From positions 1 to 51,607 of the IMG/VR virus record IMGVR_UViG_3300012940_000032: DNA of 51,607 nt. The stretch is one strand, 5' to 3'. Shown here one piece after another: positions 34,510 to 44,418 of this stretch (within the stretch, counting starts at the first letter, position 1; the number at the start of each line of letters is the position of its first letter). A model generated the notes under the pieces. It saw only the letters and a list, made by a program, of their open reading frames with translations, did not search any database and was not told the origin of the DNA. This DNA comes from a virus. Taxonomy: Duplodnaviria > Caudoviricetes. A program made the position numbers and the translations under genes.

Positions 34510-34773
34510 ATGGGTTGGGGTAGCGCAAATGGGATTCTGGAGGACACCATCCGAGCCTTCATTCGCCTGGAGAAGGTGGAGACTGTGGGGCACGAGATCA
34601 AGGTGGCCATCACGCACTCGCTGATCGAGTCCCTGGAGGCTGAGGACGCGGACTGTCTGGATGAGGTGTACGACACCTTCTCTGATCTGCCGTGGGTAGT
34701 GGAGGCATTCGCGAGAGCCGGATACGACATGGAGTTCCTGGCACACCGATGGGATGAGGCGTACTGTGACTAA
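34510..34773 (+). CDS. Hypothetical protein (MGWGSA)
   Basis: GAGGAG RBS. Confidence 0.7.
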   Translation: MGWGSANGILEDTIRAFIRLEKVETVGHEIKVAITHSLIESLEAEDADCLDEVYDTFSDLPWVVEAFARAGYDMEFLAHRWDEAYCD

Positions 34774-35875
34774 GCTGTGGAGTCTGTTCAGCCCCGAGCT
34801 GTTCGCTCAGATGCGCAACGAGAAGCTGATTCGTCTTCAGTACCACCCGGAGTTCCCGGAGCTGACCATCGTGAACTACACGGAGAAGGCTCAGTACGAC
34901 GGGGTGTGGAACAAGGTCACCTTGCAGTGTCGAGGGCTGATCTACGACGCCAAGACTCAGGAAGTGCTGGCCCGGCCGTTCAAGAAGTTCTTCAACCACG
35001 GTCAGGCTGGGGCCGAGGTGATCCACCTGGACGAAGAGGTACTGGTCACGGACAAGCTGGATGGCTCTCTGGGCATTCAGTACCGTCGTCCGGACGGCAA
35101 GTGGGCTATCGCTACCCGTGGGAGCTTCGCCAGTGAGCAGGCTATCAAGGGCACGGAGATGCTCCAGCGCTACATCGAGGATGGCTACGAGCCCTACGAG
35201 TGGGCTACTGAGCTGTATGAGATCATCTACCCAGAGAACAGGATCGTCCTGGACTACGGGCAGGAAGAGAAGCTGGTATGGCTGGGGGCAGTGGACCTGC
35301 TAACTGGCGTGAATATAGTGGCTGATCCGCTGACCTGGCCTGGCCCGGTTCGGCAGAAGATGCCGGCCAAGACCATGGCTGAGGCACTGGCGCTCAAGCC
35401 ACGCCCGAACGCTGAGGGTGTGGTTGTCCACGCACTGGAAGGTGATCGGAGAGTCAAGATCAAGCAGGAGGACTACATCCTCCTTCACCGGATCATCACG
35501 GGGCTCAACGCGCGTTCCGTGTGGGAGGTGCTGAAGGACCCGGACAAGGACCTGATCGAGCTGTACTCTGCGGTACCAGACGAGTTCCACCACTGGATTT
35601 CGGACGTTGCCCAGGTGCTGACCGACCTCCACGAGGCGCGATACCAGCAGATCAACCAGGAGTACCTGAACGTGATGGAAGAGGTGCGCAACACCCGAAC
35701 GGACGAGCCGGCACGCAAGACGTTCGCCCTGGCAGCCCAGCGGGTGGCACCCAAGGACACCAAGTACATGTTCGCGCTGCTTGACAGCCGGAGCATCGAT
35801 GAGCTACTGTGGAACGAGGTCAAGCCGGAGGCCGGTTGGTCGCCGGTTCAGGAACGAGGGGAGGACGTAGCGTGA
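34754..35875 (+). CDS. RNA ligase, T4 Rnl1-like
   Basis: NYT, CRGLI, RPFKKFFN, KLDGSLG, ATRGSF, EIIYPENRIV, EGVVV, VKIK. Confidence 0.92.
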   Translation: MRRTVTKLWSLFSPELFAQMRNEKLIRLQYHPEFPELTIVNYTEKAQYDGVWNKVTLQCRGLIYDAKTQEVLARPFKKFFNHGQAGAEVIHLDEEVLVTDKLDGSLGIQYRRPDGKWAIATRGSFASEQAIKGTEMLQRYIEDGYEPYEWATELYEIIYPENRIVLDYGQEEKLVWLGAVDLLTGVNIVADPLTWPGPVRQKMPAKTMAEALALKPRPNAEGVVVHALEGDRRVKIKQEDYILLHRIITGLNARSVWEVLKDPDKDLIELYSAVPDEFHHWISDVAQVLTDLHEARYQQINQEYLNVMEEVRNTRTDEPARKTFALAAQRVAPKDTKYMFALLDSRSIDELLWNEVKPEAGWSPVQERGEDVA

Positions 35876-36786
35876 GTACGCTCACGATCACTCGGGGTCT
35901 CCCCGGGAGTGGCAAGAGCACCTGGGCCAAGGTCATGGCCTCTGTGTCAGACGAGTGGCTGGTCACGGTCTGTCGGGATGACTTCCGGTCTACCCTGTAC
36001 AACGCCAGTCACTCCAAGCTGAGCCACACGGCAGAGAAGCTGATCACGGAGATGGAGGCGGATGTCGTTGAGCGTGCTCTTCGCCAGGGCCACAATGTGA
36101 TCGAGCACAGCATGAACCTCCGGAGCAGCTACGTCCGAGCTTGGATGGAGTTGGCTGCTCGGGTGGATGCTGAGTTTGAGATCAAGGATTTCACGGACGT
36201 GGACGTGGACACCTGTCTGGAGCGGGACTCCGGTCGGGAGCACTCGGTTGGGTCCAAGGTCATCCTGGACCTGTACCAGCGTTTCGTCCACAAGAAGCCC
36301 TACCCTCTCCCGGTGCCAGAGGTCAAGCACAGGTACCAGCCGTACATAAAGCCGGAAAGGGGGGTCGAGTGCATCGTCGTGGATATCGATGGGACCGTGG
36401 CCATGAACAATGGGCACCGAGGCTGGTACGAGTACGACAAGGTGGCGGAGGATCAGTACCACGAGGACATCTGTGATCTTGTCAGCTACCTCGGGTACAT
36501 GAAGCTTGGCCCGGGGTTCCAGGTCGTCTTCATGTCCGGACGCTCCGAAGACTGCCGGGCCGAGACCGAGGCATGGCTGGCCAGGGCTTTCGGACACTTC
36601 CCTTGGGATTTGTACATGAGGGCTAGCGGGGACCATCGTGACGATGCTATAGTGAAGTACGAGTTGTTCGACAAGTACCTCAGGGATCTGGACATCTGGT
36701 TTGTGCTGGATGATCGGGACCGTGTGGTGAAGATGTGGCGGAAGCTGGGGGTTCGTTGCCTCCAGGTGGCGCCTGGGAATTTCTGA
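35872..36786 (+). CDS. Polynucleotide kinase/phosphatase (T4 Pnkp-like)
   Basis: GLPGSGKSTW, RDD.R kinase; DIDGT, SGR, DDR HAD phosphatase. Confidence 0.93.
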   Translation: MSTLTITRGLPGSGKSTWAKVMASVSDEWLVTVCRDDFRSTLYNASHSKLSHTAEKLITEMEADVVERALRQGHNVIEHSMNLRSSYVRAWMELAARVDAEFEIKDFTDVDVDTCLERDSGREHSVGSKVILDLYQRFVHKKPYPLPVPEVKHRYQPYIKPERGVECIVVDIDGTVAMNNGHRGWYEYDKVAEDQYHEDICDLVSYLGYMKLGPGFQVVFMSGRSEDCRAETEAWLARAFGHFPWDLYMRASGDHRDDAIVKYELFDKYLRDLDIWFVLDDRDRVVKMWRKLGVRCLQVAPGNF

Positions 36787-36795
36787 GGAGGGGCT

Positions 36796-36936
36796 TTGCC
36801 TGACAAGTACGGCAGTGAGACCGACGCCGAGAAGGCTCGGGAACAGCAGCGTCGAGATGAGGCAGTTCGACGTAAGATGCAGGAACGTGAGCGAGAGCGT
36901 CTTCGCAGCATCGAGAAGAAGTACGGAGGCCGTTAG
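36796..36936 (+). CDS. Small charged helical protein
   Basis: GAGGAGG RBS, TTG start. Confidence 0.5.
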   Translation: MPDKYGSETDAEKAREQQRRDEAVRRKMQERERERLRSIEKKYGGR

Positions 36937-37686
36937 ATGGATGTCAAGCTGATTGCGCACACACAGCTCCCCTACGATGCCCTGAGCCTGGGCACCGGTG
37001 AGGACGACTACAAGGATGGCATCTTCATCGACCCGATCAAGAACTGGATGCTTGGGGACATGGAGCTTGACCCCGCTGCTACTGACGTGGACACCCTAGT
37101 GGAGTTCGCGGGGAGGGCATGCTACCAGTCCTTTCACAAGCCCTCTGAGGCCACCAGGGAGAATGCTTCGTACCTTCAAAACATCATCCGACAGGGGCAC
37201 TTCTCGGTGATGGAGCACTCTTCTTTCACCGTGTATGTTACTGGTGTGAGCCGGTCGTTGACTCACGAGCTGGTGCGTCATCGGCACCTGAGCTTCAGCC
37301 AGCTCAGCCAGCGATTCGTCAACGAGGAAGACATGGAGACGGTGATCCCCCCAGCAGCGGAGGGTGATTCTTTCCCGCTCTCCACGATGGCCCGGGTAGC
37401 AGACGTGGTGTCGGAAGCGTACACGGATCTAGTGGAGCACTACCAGGAGGTCCGAGGGCTTCCTCGTAAGCAGGCTCGTGAAGCGGCTCGTGCTGTCCTG
37501 CCGAACATGACGGAGACCCGGATCGTGGTGACTGGCAACCTGCGTGCCTGGCGTGACGTGATCTCTCGTCGGATCGACCCAGCGGCAGATGCCGAGATTC
37601 AGGAGTTCGCCCGGAAGGTACTGGTCATCGCCAAGAAGGTCGCACCGAACTGCTTCCAGGACTTTGAGGCGCCCGATGTCGACTGA
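36937..37686 (+). CDS. thyX: FAD-dependent thymidylate synthase
   Basis: AGRACY, GHFSVMEH, SRSLTHELVRHRHLSFSQLSQR, AREAARAVLPN. Confidence 0.95.
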   Translation: MDVKLIAHTQLPYDALSLGTGEDDYKDGIFIDPIKNWMLGDMELDPAATDVDTLVEFAGRACYQSFHKPSEATRENASYLQNIIRQGHFSVMEHSSFTVYVTGVSRSLTHELVRHRHLSFSQLSQRFVNEEDMETVIPPAAEGDSFPLSTMARVADVVSEAYTDLVEHYQEVRGLPRKQAREAARAVLPNMTETRIVVTGNLRAWRDVISRRIDPAADAEIQEFARKVLVIAKKVAPNCFQDFEAPDVD

Positions 37687-37987
37687 CATGTACGATCGGG
37701 TGATCGATGATGACGGGTTCTACGAGCTTACGGTCGATGGTATCTTCTCCACCAACCGTAGCTCGGAGGACCCTAGGGATGAGACCCTGTGCTGCGGACG
37801 GATGTTCTCCCTCCGAGATGAGCACTACGTGACCTCGCCGGACGCCATGACCTGGACTGCCCGGGAGTTTACCGAAGAGGAGCTTGACCTTTTCGTGACA
37901 GCCTGGGAAGAGCCTGGCTGGTACATTGACAGAACCATCCAAATGCGTGGAGAAGTGTACGACGACATGATGAAGGAGCTGGCGTGA
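37676..37987 (+). CDS. Hypothetical protein
   Basis: GAGG RBS, overlaps thyX end. Confidence 0.65.
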   Translation: MSTDMYDRVIDDDGFYELTVDGIFSTNRSSEDPRDETLCCGRMFSLRDEHYVTSPDAMTWTAREFTEEELDLFVTAWEEPGWYIDRTIQMRGEVYDDMMKELA

Positions 37988-38187
37988 GGGACGGAGACAG
38001 AGAGCTGGCGGTAGAGATCGCCAAGGGAATGGTGCATGACGCTCTGGCAGATCTCGCAGACAACAGCATGGGTTTTGCTGAGCGTCTGTGGGACGAGCGT
38101 CCGGAAGGGGTCGAAGACGACGTGTACGAGGACATGCTGATGATCTTCGATGAAGTTGTGAAGGAAGCGAGGGAGATCCTGGGATAG
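37984..38187 (+). CDS. Small acidic protein
   Basis: AAGGAG RBS, GTGA coupling. Confidence 0.65.
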   Translation: MRDGDRELAVEIAKGMVHDALADLADNSMGFAERLWDERPEGVEDDVYEDMLMIFDEVVKEAREILG

Positions 38188-38240
38188 CCCAGACCCCCTC
38201 GTGGTAGACTAGGAGATGACCAAGAGGGGGTCAAGGAGAA

Positions 38241-38582
38241 ATGGATACCAAGGAACTGCTCAACAAGATCGACCGTGATGACGGGCTGACCACCGTGACC
38301 ATGGGAGAGCTGCGGAAGTTGCACGGCAGCCACCGGCTGGGTCGACTGGTCAACGACGATATCAGCCGGGAGCTGAACGCGGCAGGCATCGGACACCTTC
38401 CCACGGAGCTTCCGATGCGCAAGGAAAACGAGGTACGGATCTACCGTATCGGGGGGAAGATCGATCGCGTGGCGACTGCGATCTTCTACCCCACTGATTC
38501 GGGAGACCTGGAGCTGCGGTCCATCCAGGATGGGCTGAGTGCTCGGGAGATCTTGCAGGAGCTGCGAGATCTGATCTCATGA
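38241..38582 (+). CDS. Hypothetical protein, last gene of plus-strand arm
   Basis: AAGGAG RBS; own -10 TGGTAGACT upstream. Confidence 0.7.
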   Translation: MDTKELLNKIDRDDGLTTVTMGELRKLHGSHRLGRLVNDDISRELNAAGIGHLPTELPMRKENEVRIYRIGGKIDRVATAIFYPTDSGDLELRSIQDGLSAREILQELRDLIS

Positions 38583-38591
38583 CAGGACACG

Positions 38592-38630
38592 AAAAAGCCC
38601 CCACCCGGCATAAGCTAGGTGGGGGCTTCG
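38592..38630 (-). terminator. Terminator between convergent arms
   Basis: AAGCCCCCACC/GGTGGGGGCTT stem; U-tract on minus strand. Confidence 0.8.
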
Positions 38631-38635
38631 TGATG

Positions 38636-38941
38636 TTACTTGCTGGCCTGGTCTTCGGCCTCGGCCATGTTCTCAGGACTAACCTCAGCGCTCACGGCCT
38701 CACGCACGTCCGTGACCAGTTCGGTCGGTAGGTGCCGGGCGATATAGCCGGTCACGAAAGTCAGGCCACCAGTCACAACGCCAATGGCGGTGCCGGTGAC
38801 CAGGGGGTTGCCCAGGGTCTCCTTGAGAGCCGGGACCTTCGAGTCAGCGAACGCCACGACAGCGCCCACGACGAAGCTGGCGACCGTGGCCGCGATCGAG
38901 CCGGCCTTGACCTTGCCAGAAACCTGAGGGGTGTTAGCCAT
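38636..38941 (-). CDS. Holin-like two-TM protein
   Basis: Two TM helices, directly after endolysin. Confidence 0.7.
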   Translation of the reverse strand: MANTPQVSGKVKAGSIAATVASFVVGAVVAFADSKVPALKETLGNPLVTGTAIGVVTGGLTFVTGYIARHLPTELVTDVREAVSAEVSPENMAEAEDQASK

Positions 38942-39866
38942 TCTTTACCTCCGCATTAAGGGTTACCTTGGACAGGGCCTCGGTGAGAGCCTGAGACAGC
39001 ATCCCCTGAAGCATGGTTGCCAGAGCGTCCTGGTCCAGGGTGACTGTGGTGCCACCGGCAGCCTTGGCCGCCGCCAGGGCATCGTTGACGTTCTTGTACA
39101 TCTCGTTCATGACCGAGGATGCGTACCAGTACGGGTTGGTCTCGTTCCCAACCGGAGACTTGACCACGTTGTCGGTGTTCCACACGCCATCGGCCAGGGC
39201 CTTCCGGACCGCCGGGTCCTTCAGCGCCGCTGCCAGTTCACTCGCGTTGCTCATCCAGCTCAACATCCCTTCTGCCTTATCGGCTACCGTGCCTCCAGGC
39301 TTGATCTGCCCGAAGTTGTCTTGCAGGCTCTTGTTTCGGTCGGCCTGCCCACCCATCACACCGTTCTGGTATTGGTAGATGTGCGCCTTGCTGTAGATCT
39401 GGCCGCCTGACCAGGCGTAGGTCTGCCAACCCCACTTGGCCTTGCCAGCTTCCATCGACCGCTTCACCACGTAGTACGAGCCGTAGACCCCAACTCGATC
39501 CCGTCCAACGACGGAGGCACAGCCGTCCAGGTAGGCGTTGATGGCTGCCTGCTGGGCCGGGGTGGCGTCCCAATCGCACGAGAAGTAGATCGGGGCAGCC
39601 GGGGCACCGATGGCCTTCCGCTGGGCCTCGGCCGCCTTGGCGTCCTTGACACCCTGGGCCTTCCCGTTGAGGGCCGCATTCGTGGCGTACTCCCAGTTGA
39701 GGACCACGGAGACGTTCTGCTTGAGCAGGTTCTGGTACTCGGACTTGGTGAGGTTCTTGCCGGTCGTGTCGTACGACAGGTAACGGCAAACGAACTGGCA
39801 GCCGTTGTCCTTGAGCTGCTTGTTGGTGGGACGCCACCAGGCGTAGTCCCATCCCCAGTAGGTCAT
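38934..39866 (-). CDS. Endolysin, DUF1906/GH25-like muramidase
   Basis: DYAW, FVCRYLS..KNLT..E, PIYFSCD, GVYG, WQTYAWSGG, ADRN. Confidence 0.9.
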   Translation of the reverse strand: MTYWGWDYAWWRPTNKQLKDNGCQFVCRYLSYDTTGKNLTKSEYQNLLKQNVSVVLNWEYATNAALNGKAQGVKDAKAAEAQRKAIGAPAAPIYFSCDWDATPAQQAAINAYLDGCASVVGRDRVGVYGSYYVVKRSMEAGKAKWGWQTYAWSGGQIYSKAHIYQYQNGVMGGQADRNKSLQDNFGQIKPGGTVADKAEGMLSWMSNASELAAALKDPAVRKALADGVWNTDNVVKSPVGNETNPYWYASSVMNEMYKNVNDALAAAKAAGGTTVTLDQDALATMLQGMLSQALTEALSKVTLNAEVKNG

Positions 39867-39941
39867 TCTGAACCCTCCTCTACGGGCTGTTCGGGGTCTG
39901 CTGGTGTCTCAGGACGAAAAGGGTCCGTCACTGGCTCTCCT

Positions 39942-40310
39942 TTACTTGAGCTTGGCCTCCAGCTCGGCTACCCGCTTCTGGAGTTCATTGTTCTCCATCG
40001 TGAGGAGGTGGATGGAATGCTGAGAAATGGCTCGCTCCTCATCGAGTCTGGCCTGAAGGTCTGCTACCTTCTGGTTAGCAATCACGAGCTGTCGGTTCAT
40101 CTCGGCAATCTGCTCGGTGAGCGGGTTGACCAAGATGGAAGCGGCCCGGCTGACTGCCTCAACGGCCCCAGCCTCAGCTCCCTGTGCCTCGCTTATAGTC
40201 TTCCTACGGTCGCTGGGGAACTTCAAGAGGGCGATGATGCCGCCCGAGATACCCCCAGCACCAAGTAGAGCAACGAGGACTTCAACGAAGAGTCTTGTAG
40301 CGTCACTCAT
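39942..40310 (-). CDS. Membrane-anchored coiled-coil protein (lysis module)
   Basis: N-terminal TM then coiled coil. Confidence 0.7.
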   Translation of the reverse strand: MSDATRLFVEVLVALLGAGGISGGIIALLKFPSDRRKTISEAQGAEAGAVEAVSRAASILVNPLTEQIAEMNRQLVIANQKVADLQARLDEERAISQHSIHLLTMENNELQKRVAELEAKLK

Positions 40311-40764
40311 CACTCGTCTCCATCCGGTGGACAACTTCGTCTATGACCTGCTGCTGTCTCACCTCGGTGGGGATGTAGAGGTATCGAGCCACGCAGGCCA
40401 ACCCCAGAGCACCGAGAAACGCGCCGCTTCCGAGGGCACCAAGGCCACTGAATGCGAATAGGGAGACTGCATACATGAGACATGCAGCAGAAATTGCGAT
40501 TAGGGAGGATCGTTCAATCAGAAGGCCCACGATGTGAGGACGCCAGAACATCCCTACGACTCCGACTACACCCCCACAGAACAGCAGGCCATACCAGATG
40601 TACTGGATGAGAGGGGGCATCACGTGGTCGACTGAGTTAGGTGGTCGAGTAGCGAAGCCAGTGAATAGTTGGAGCCAGTAGAACGCCCCGAGCAGGCCAC
40701 AGATGATGAAGGCGGCCAGCTCGAATGGGCGGTTCCCGGAGGCTTTGGCGATGGCCGAAAACAT
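40303..40764 (-). CDS. Four-TM membrane protein (lysis module)
   Basis: Four hydrophobic segments; GGAGG RBS. Confidence 0.7.
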   Translation of the reverse strand: MFSAIAKASGNRPFELAAFIICGLLGAFYWLQLFTGFATRPPNSVDHVMPPLIQYIWYGLLFCGGVVGVVGMFWRPHIVGLLIERSSLIAISAACLMYAVSLFAFSGLGALGSGAFLGALGLACVARYLYIPTEVRQQQVIDEVVHRMETSDE

Positions 40765-40779
40765 AGGGCCTCCTGGAGA

Positions 40780-41313
40780 TTAGTGAATCTGCGATACAAC
40801 GAAGTAGGCTCGCTGAAGAGTCAGGCCAGTAGCACCTGTACGCCAATAGAAGTATGGCGTAAGATAGTCACCAGCGTGAAGGAACAGAGAGATGTTGATC
40901 GTGGCGTTGGTGCTCGCGAATACGGCAGTCGCCAGGATATAGTCGTTGCTGGCGTTGCCGTTGAGACGGAACCAGCCACCAACGTCAGTAGCGCTCCCTG
41001 TACCGTTCATGAAGCACGAGACGTTCCAGACCCCATCAAACGGGATCGTGATGTCCGTGTTCGGGTTTGGCCCTGTCGCCATCCCCAGAGGATCTGCGTC
41101 GATGCTCTTGGTGGTGACAGGCTGCGAAGTATTGGCAGAGCTGTATGTCTGATTGTCTGTGCCCAGCGGCTTGGAGCGAGCGCAATAAGCACTGGACGCA
41201 TTCTGATCCAGTCGGGCCAGAGCATAGGACATGTTGGTAACGTCCTGAGCCAGCGCCTTCTGCCCAGGGACAAAGTCCTGAGCGGTATACGGGATAGTCC
41301 CCGTGTAACCCAT
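40780..41313 (-). CDS. Minor tail protein
   Basis: Beta-rich C1q-like C-terminus, after large tail gene. Confidence 0.7.
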   Translation of the reverse strand: MGYTGTIPYTAQDFVPGQKALAQDVTNMSYALARLDQNASSAYCARSKPLGTDNQTYSSANTSQPVTTKSIDADPLGMATGPNPNTDITIPFDGVWNVSCFMNGTGSATDVGGWFRLNGNASNDYILATAVFASTNATINISLFLHAGDYLTPYFYWRTGATGLTLQRAYFVVSQIH

Positions 41314-41322
41314 TGTGCCTCC

Positions 41323-44300
41323 TTACTCAGCCGCCCAGGAGAACTGGTCCCAGCGGTCCTGTGGTGGTATGTTCGTGGTATCAACAGCCCAGTACAACGT
41401 CGAATGTGCCTGGCGCAACGTGAGCTGCTGGGTATACCCACTGTCATCGAGAGTGTCCGTGATCCCCTGAATCCAGAAGTCCCCATCGAAGACGTTGCCT
41501 TCGGGGTCCTGCACTCGGATACGGTCTCCAAGCTCCAGCCTGGGGTCACCAATTACCGTGATCGTGGCAGTGGCCACCGGGTCCTTCAGGTCACTCAGGA
41601 GAGAGCCGGCCAGGGTGTTGGCAACCTCGCGGCTCTGTACGTACGAGTTGCTGTACGAGAAAGCCTGAGGCCCAAACTTGTCCATGGAGTACTGGTCCAC
41701 AACGGTGATGGATGCCGTGGCCTGCTCAGTGAGCGTGTTGCCGCCAAGCATGATGCTAGGAGATCCAAGGGCCTCCATCTTGGCCTTGTTCTGGCCTGTT
41801 GGAATACCAGCCCAGTCAATGGCCTGCCCATCGTTGAAGATGTACACTGCATAGGAGTTCGGGTTCTGAACCTCCACGTCAATGTATGTGGCTCCACTAC
41901 CAACCACACGAGGCCAAGGCATCCCGATGATGTTGGAGGTGCTGGTAGTGTTGGTGAGGCTTCTTCGAGCACAGGCCATTCCGGTGATCCGCCCGTCTGA
42001 TCCTGGTGGCCAAGGAAATGCGTTGTCCCACGCCCATGGCGCTGGGGAGCCGAACAGGTTCTGAGTCAGGATGAACGGGACCGCCCCGTCGAAACTCAGT
42101 CGGAGAATGGTCGTGGAGCGACCAGGGAGTGTGAACGTGTCTGTGGTAGAGAATGCCTGCACTCCACGAAGGGCCTGAAGCGGGGTGTAGTCTACACTGA
42201 TAATGTTCTTGATAGAGTCAATCGTCTGACTGAAGTCCAGCTCGGTGATGTGATCGATCGAGGTGACTGTCTTCTGAACCGTCTGGTACACGTCATCGGA
42301 ACGAGCCGACAACGGGAAGTACTGAAAGGTTCCATCGTCATCGAAGTAGACAGATGCACGCTCAGCACCGGCTATGCTGGTGAGCAAGTCCCAAGCTTCC
42401 ACCGGATCTGTGGTGACGTTGCCGGCCAGTTCAAGGGAGGAGTAGGGAAGCTTCCCACCAAAGTCCACGCTAGGGTACGCTTCTGCCAAGGACGGCAACC
42501 CGGTCCCTTCCGGGATGGCATTGAGCTGGAAGTCTGACATGGGCACGCAGACATCCAGCTCAGCGATGATCGGAATCCAGGTGTCCGAGTCGGGCAGTAC
42601 AGCACGAACGTGGTCCTGCTGAGCTGAGTTTCCGCTGAGCAGGTAGTTGGACGCCTGACCATCTACCATCAGAGTGACGATCGCTCCGGACGAGGCATTG
42701 AAGTCGTAGGCCCACACACACCAATGCCAGGCCCCGTCCGAAGGCACCTTGAGGCTGGAGGGGACAAAGTCGATGTGCCCCTGGGAGCCATTCACGTAGA
42801 GGGCCATGGTACCATCGGTCTTGATTCCATACTCCAAGTACGTGACCGGGTTGGTGTTGCGCACCCAAAGAGAATAGGAGAACCTACTCGCGGGGTTCAG
42901 GTTAGTCCCGGGTCCACCACCGACAAAACTTGAGTCCCCGTACACCCACGCCGTGGCAACCGCAGAACAGTTGGACCGGGAGAACATGTCCAACCCATCG
43001 GACGATGGGATGACCTGGCCCTTCAAGGCAGCGTGATCACCCGAGTGCCAGTGTGCGTTGAGAGCACGAACGGACTTGGGTTGCTCAATGAATTCGGGCT
43101 TGGGCTGGGAAACCACCGTGGAGAAGTCCAGGATATCCAGGGAGTCGCTGTCCATCATCCGGGTAACACCCGTGATGTTATTGGCGACCATCGGCTGAAT
43201 GGTGCCATGGAACGGCATGTAGACCTTGGGGTTATCTCGGAGAGGAGGCACAACGGGGATTCGTGCCGAGGCCAGAGCGTAGGAAATGAATGCCGTAGCA
43301 TTGCAACCCTGCATCTCCCCATCGACCACGGGAAGGCTGATCGCGCCAGCGAGCTGATCACGGTAGTCCAAGGCGGCCAGGGACGCGGCACGATTGCTCA
43401 CGGAGACATCGAAGTCTCGGGTGGTACCGATCATTCGCTGGAAGTCCGAGTGGGTGCCATCCTCCTTCTGGAAGGAGAGGCTGGCCTTGAATGGTAGGTG
43501 AATGCGCTGAGACTTGGCAGCCGAGAATGGGCTGTCCGAGTTGAAGGGCGAGAAGGTCCAAGCCGCGTCACGACGCTCGTCGTCGGTCTCCCCAGACACC
43601 AGATCAACCGTGGTCTGGGCAGAGGCGGAGCCCTCGGTATACGAGACCTCATCAGGGAAGGCACCCGTCAGCGAACGGTCCACCTCGATGCTGGCCATGT
43701 TCTGGGTGAGGTCATCCAGGTCTGGGCCAAAGGCAATCCGGGTCACGTAGCCTGGGATCTTCACGGTGTCCGTGGTGTAGGCTTCTACTGTGAGAGTGCC
43801 GCTCGTAATGAACAGCGGCTGATCCAGACCCTGAGGGGCCAAGCCTCGAACGTCGCCAGTGGAGGTTACGTATGTGGTATACACTCGACCATCAGTGTCA
43901 ATAGAGAAACCGAGGGCGACTACAGTGTCACCAGCATTGCTCCGGGAGCTACCAGACACGCCGTCCCATGCCTGTTCACCATTCTCGGTGACGATCTCTA
44001 CGAAGACACCGCCCGAGTCGTTGCGGAACATGTAGTAGTGGTTCGCGTCCTGGTAGAGCCGGATGACCCAGGTGTTCGTGGTGGAGCTGGGGATCATAGG
44101 AACGGGGCGGAACTGGAAGTAGAACGTCTTGCCCCGAGCATCGATTGGAGCATTGTAGGTGAGCTTGGAAGCTGGGTTGGCTGGATTGAGCAAGACGTAC
44201 AGGCGAGTGGAGTCGTAACTGACCCCACTGCCCATGGTCCACGATGAATCGGGAGCGTCCGCGATGAAGTCTGCGTACGCATCCCAATCGTCTCCAGGGC

Positions 44301-44409
44301 GACCCTGAAGGTCGAACCCCTTGTTCAGCCAGTCAACACGAGCGGAGGCAGTGACGACTCGTTCCGGCGCCTCAATGGCGGCTGCCGTGGCCGCGTCAAC
44401 AACCTTCAT
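41323..44409 (-). CDS. Large minor tail / tail-tip protein
   Basis: 1028 aa; lectin-like DGAWHW region; C-terminal GDPRLELGDRIRV hub motif. Confidence 0.8.
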   Translation of the reverse strand: MKVVDAATAAAIEAPERVVTASARVDWLNKGFDLQGRPGDDWDAYADFIADAPDSSWTMGSGVSYDSTRLYVLLNPANPASKLTYNAPIDARGKTFYFQFRPVPMIPSSTTNTWVIRLYQDANHYYMFRNDSGGVFVEIVTENGEQAWDGVSGSSRSNAGDTVVALGFSIDTDGRVYTTYVTSTGDVRGLAPQGLDQPLFITSGTLTVEAYTTDTVKIPGYVTRIAFGPDLDDLTQNMASIEVDRSLTGAFPDEVSYTEGSASAQTTVDLVSGETDDERRDAAWTFSPFNSDSPFSAAKSQRIHLPFKASLSFQKEDGTHSDFQRMIGTTRDFDVSVSNRAASLAALDYRDQLAGAISLPVVDGEMQGCNATAFISYALASARIPVVPPLRDNPKVYMPFHGTIQPMVANNITGVTRMMDSDSLDILDFSTVVSQPKPEFIEQPKSVRALNAHWHSGDHAALKGQVIPSSDGLDMFSRSNCSAVATAWVYGDSSFVGGGPGTNLNPASRFSYSLWVRNTNPVTYLEYGIKTDGTMALYVNGSQGHIDFVPSSLKVPSDGAWHWCVWAYDFNASSGAIVTLMVDGQASNYLLSGNSAQQDHVRAVLPDSDTWIPIIAELDVCVPMSDFQLNAIPEGTGLPSLAEAYPSVDFGGKLPYSSLELAGNVTTDPVEAWDLLTSIAGAERASVYFDDDGTFQYFPLSARSDDVYQTVQKTVTSIDHITELDFSQTIDSIKNIISVDYTPLQALRGVQAFSTTDTFTLPGRSTTILRLSFDGAVPFILTQNLFGSPAPWAWDNAFPWPPGSDGRITGMACARRSLTNTTSTSNIIGMPWPRVVGSGATYIDVEVQNPNSYAVYIFNDGQAIDWAGIPTGQNKAKMEALGSPSIMLGGNTLTEQATASITVVDQYSMDKFGPQAFSYSNSYVQSREVANTLAGSLLSDLKDPVATATITVIGDPRLELGDRIRVQDPEGNVFDGDFWIQGITDTLDDSGYTQQLTLRQAHSTLYWAVDTTNIPPQDRWDQFSWAAE

Positions 44410-44418
44410 CTGTGCCTC

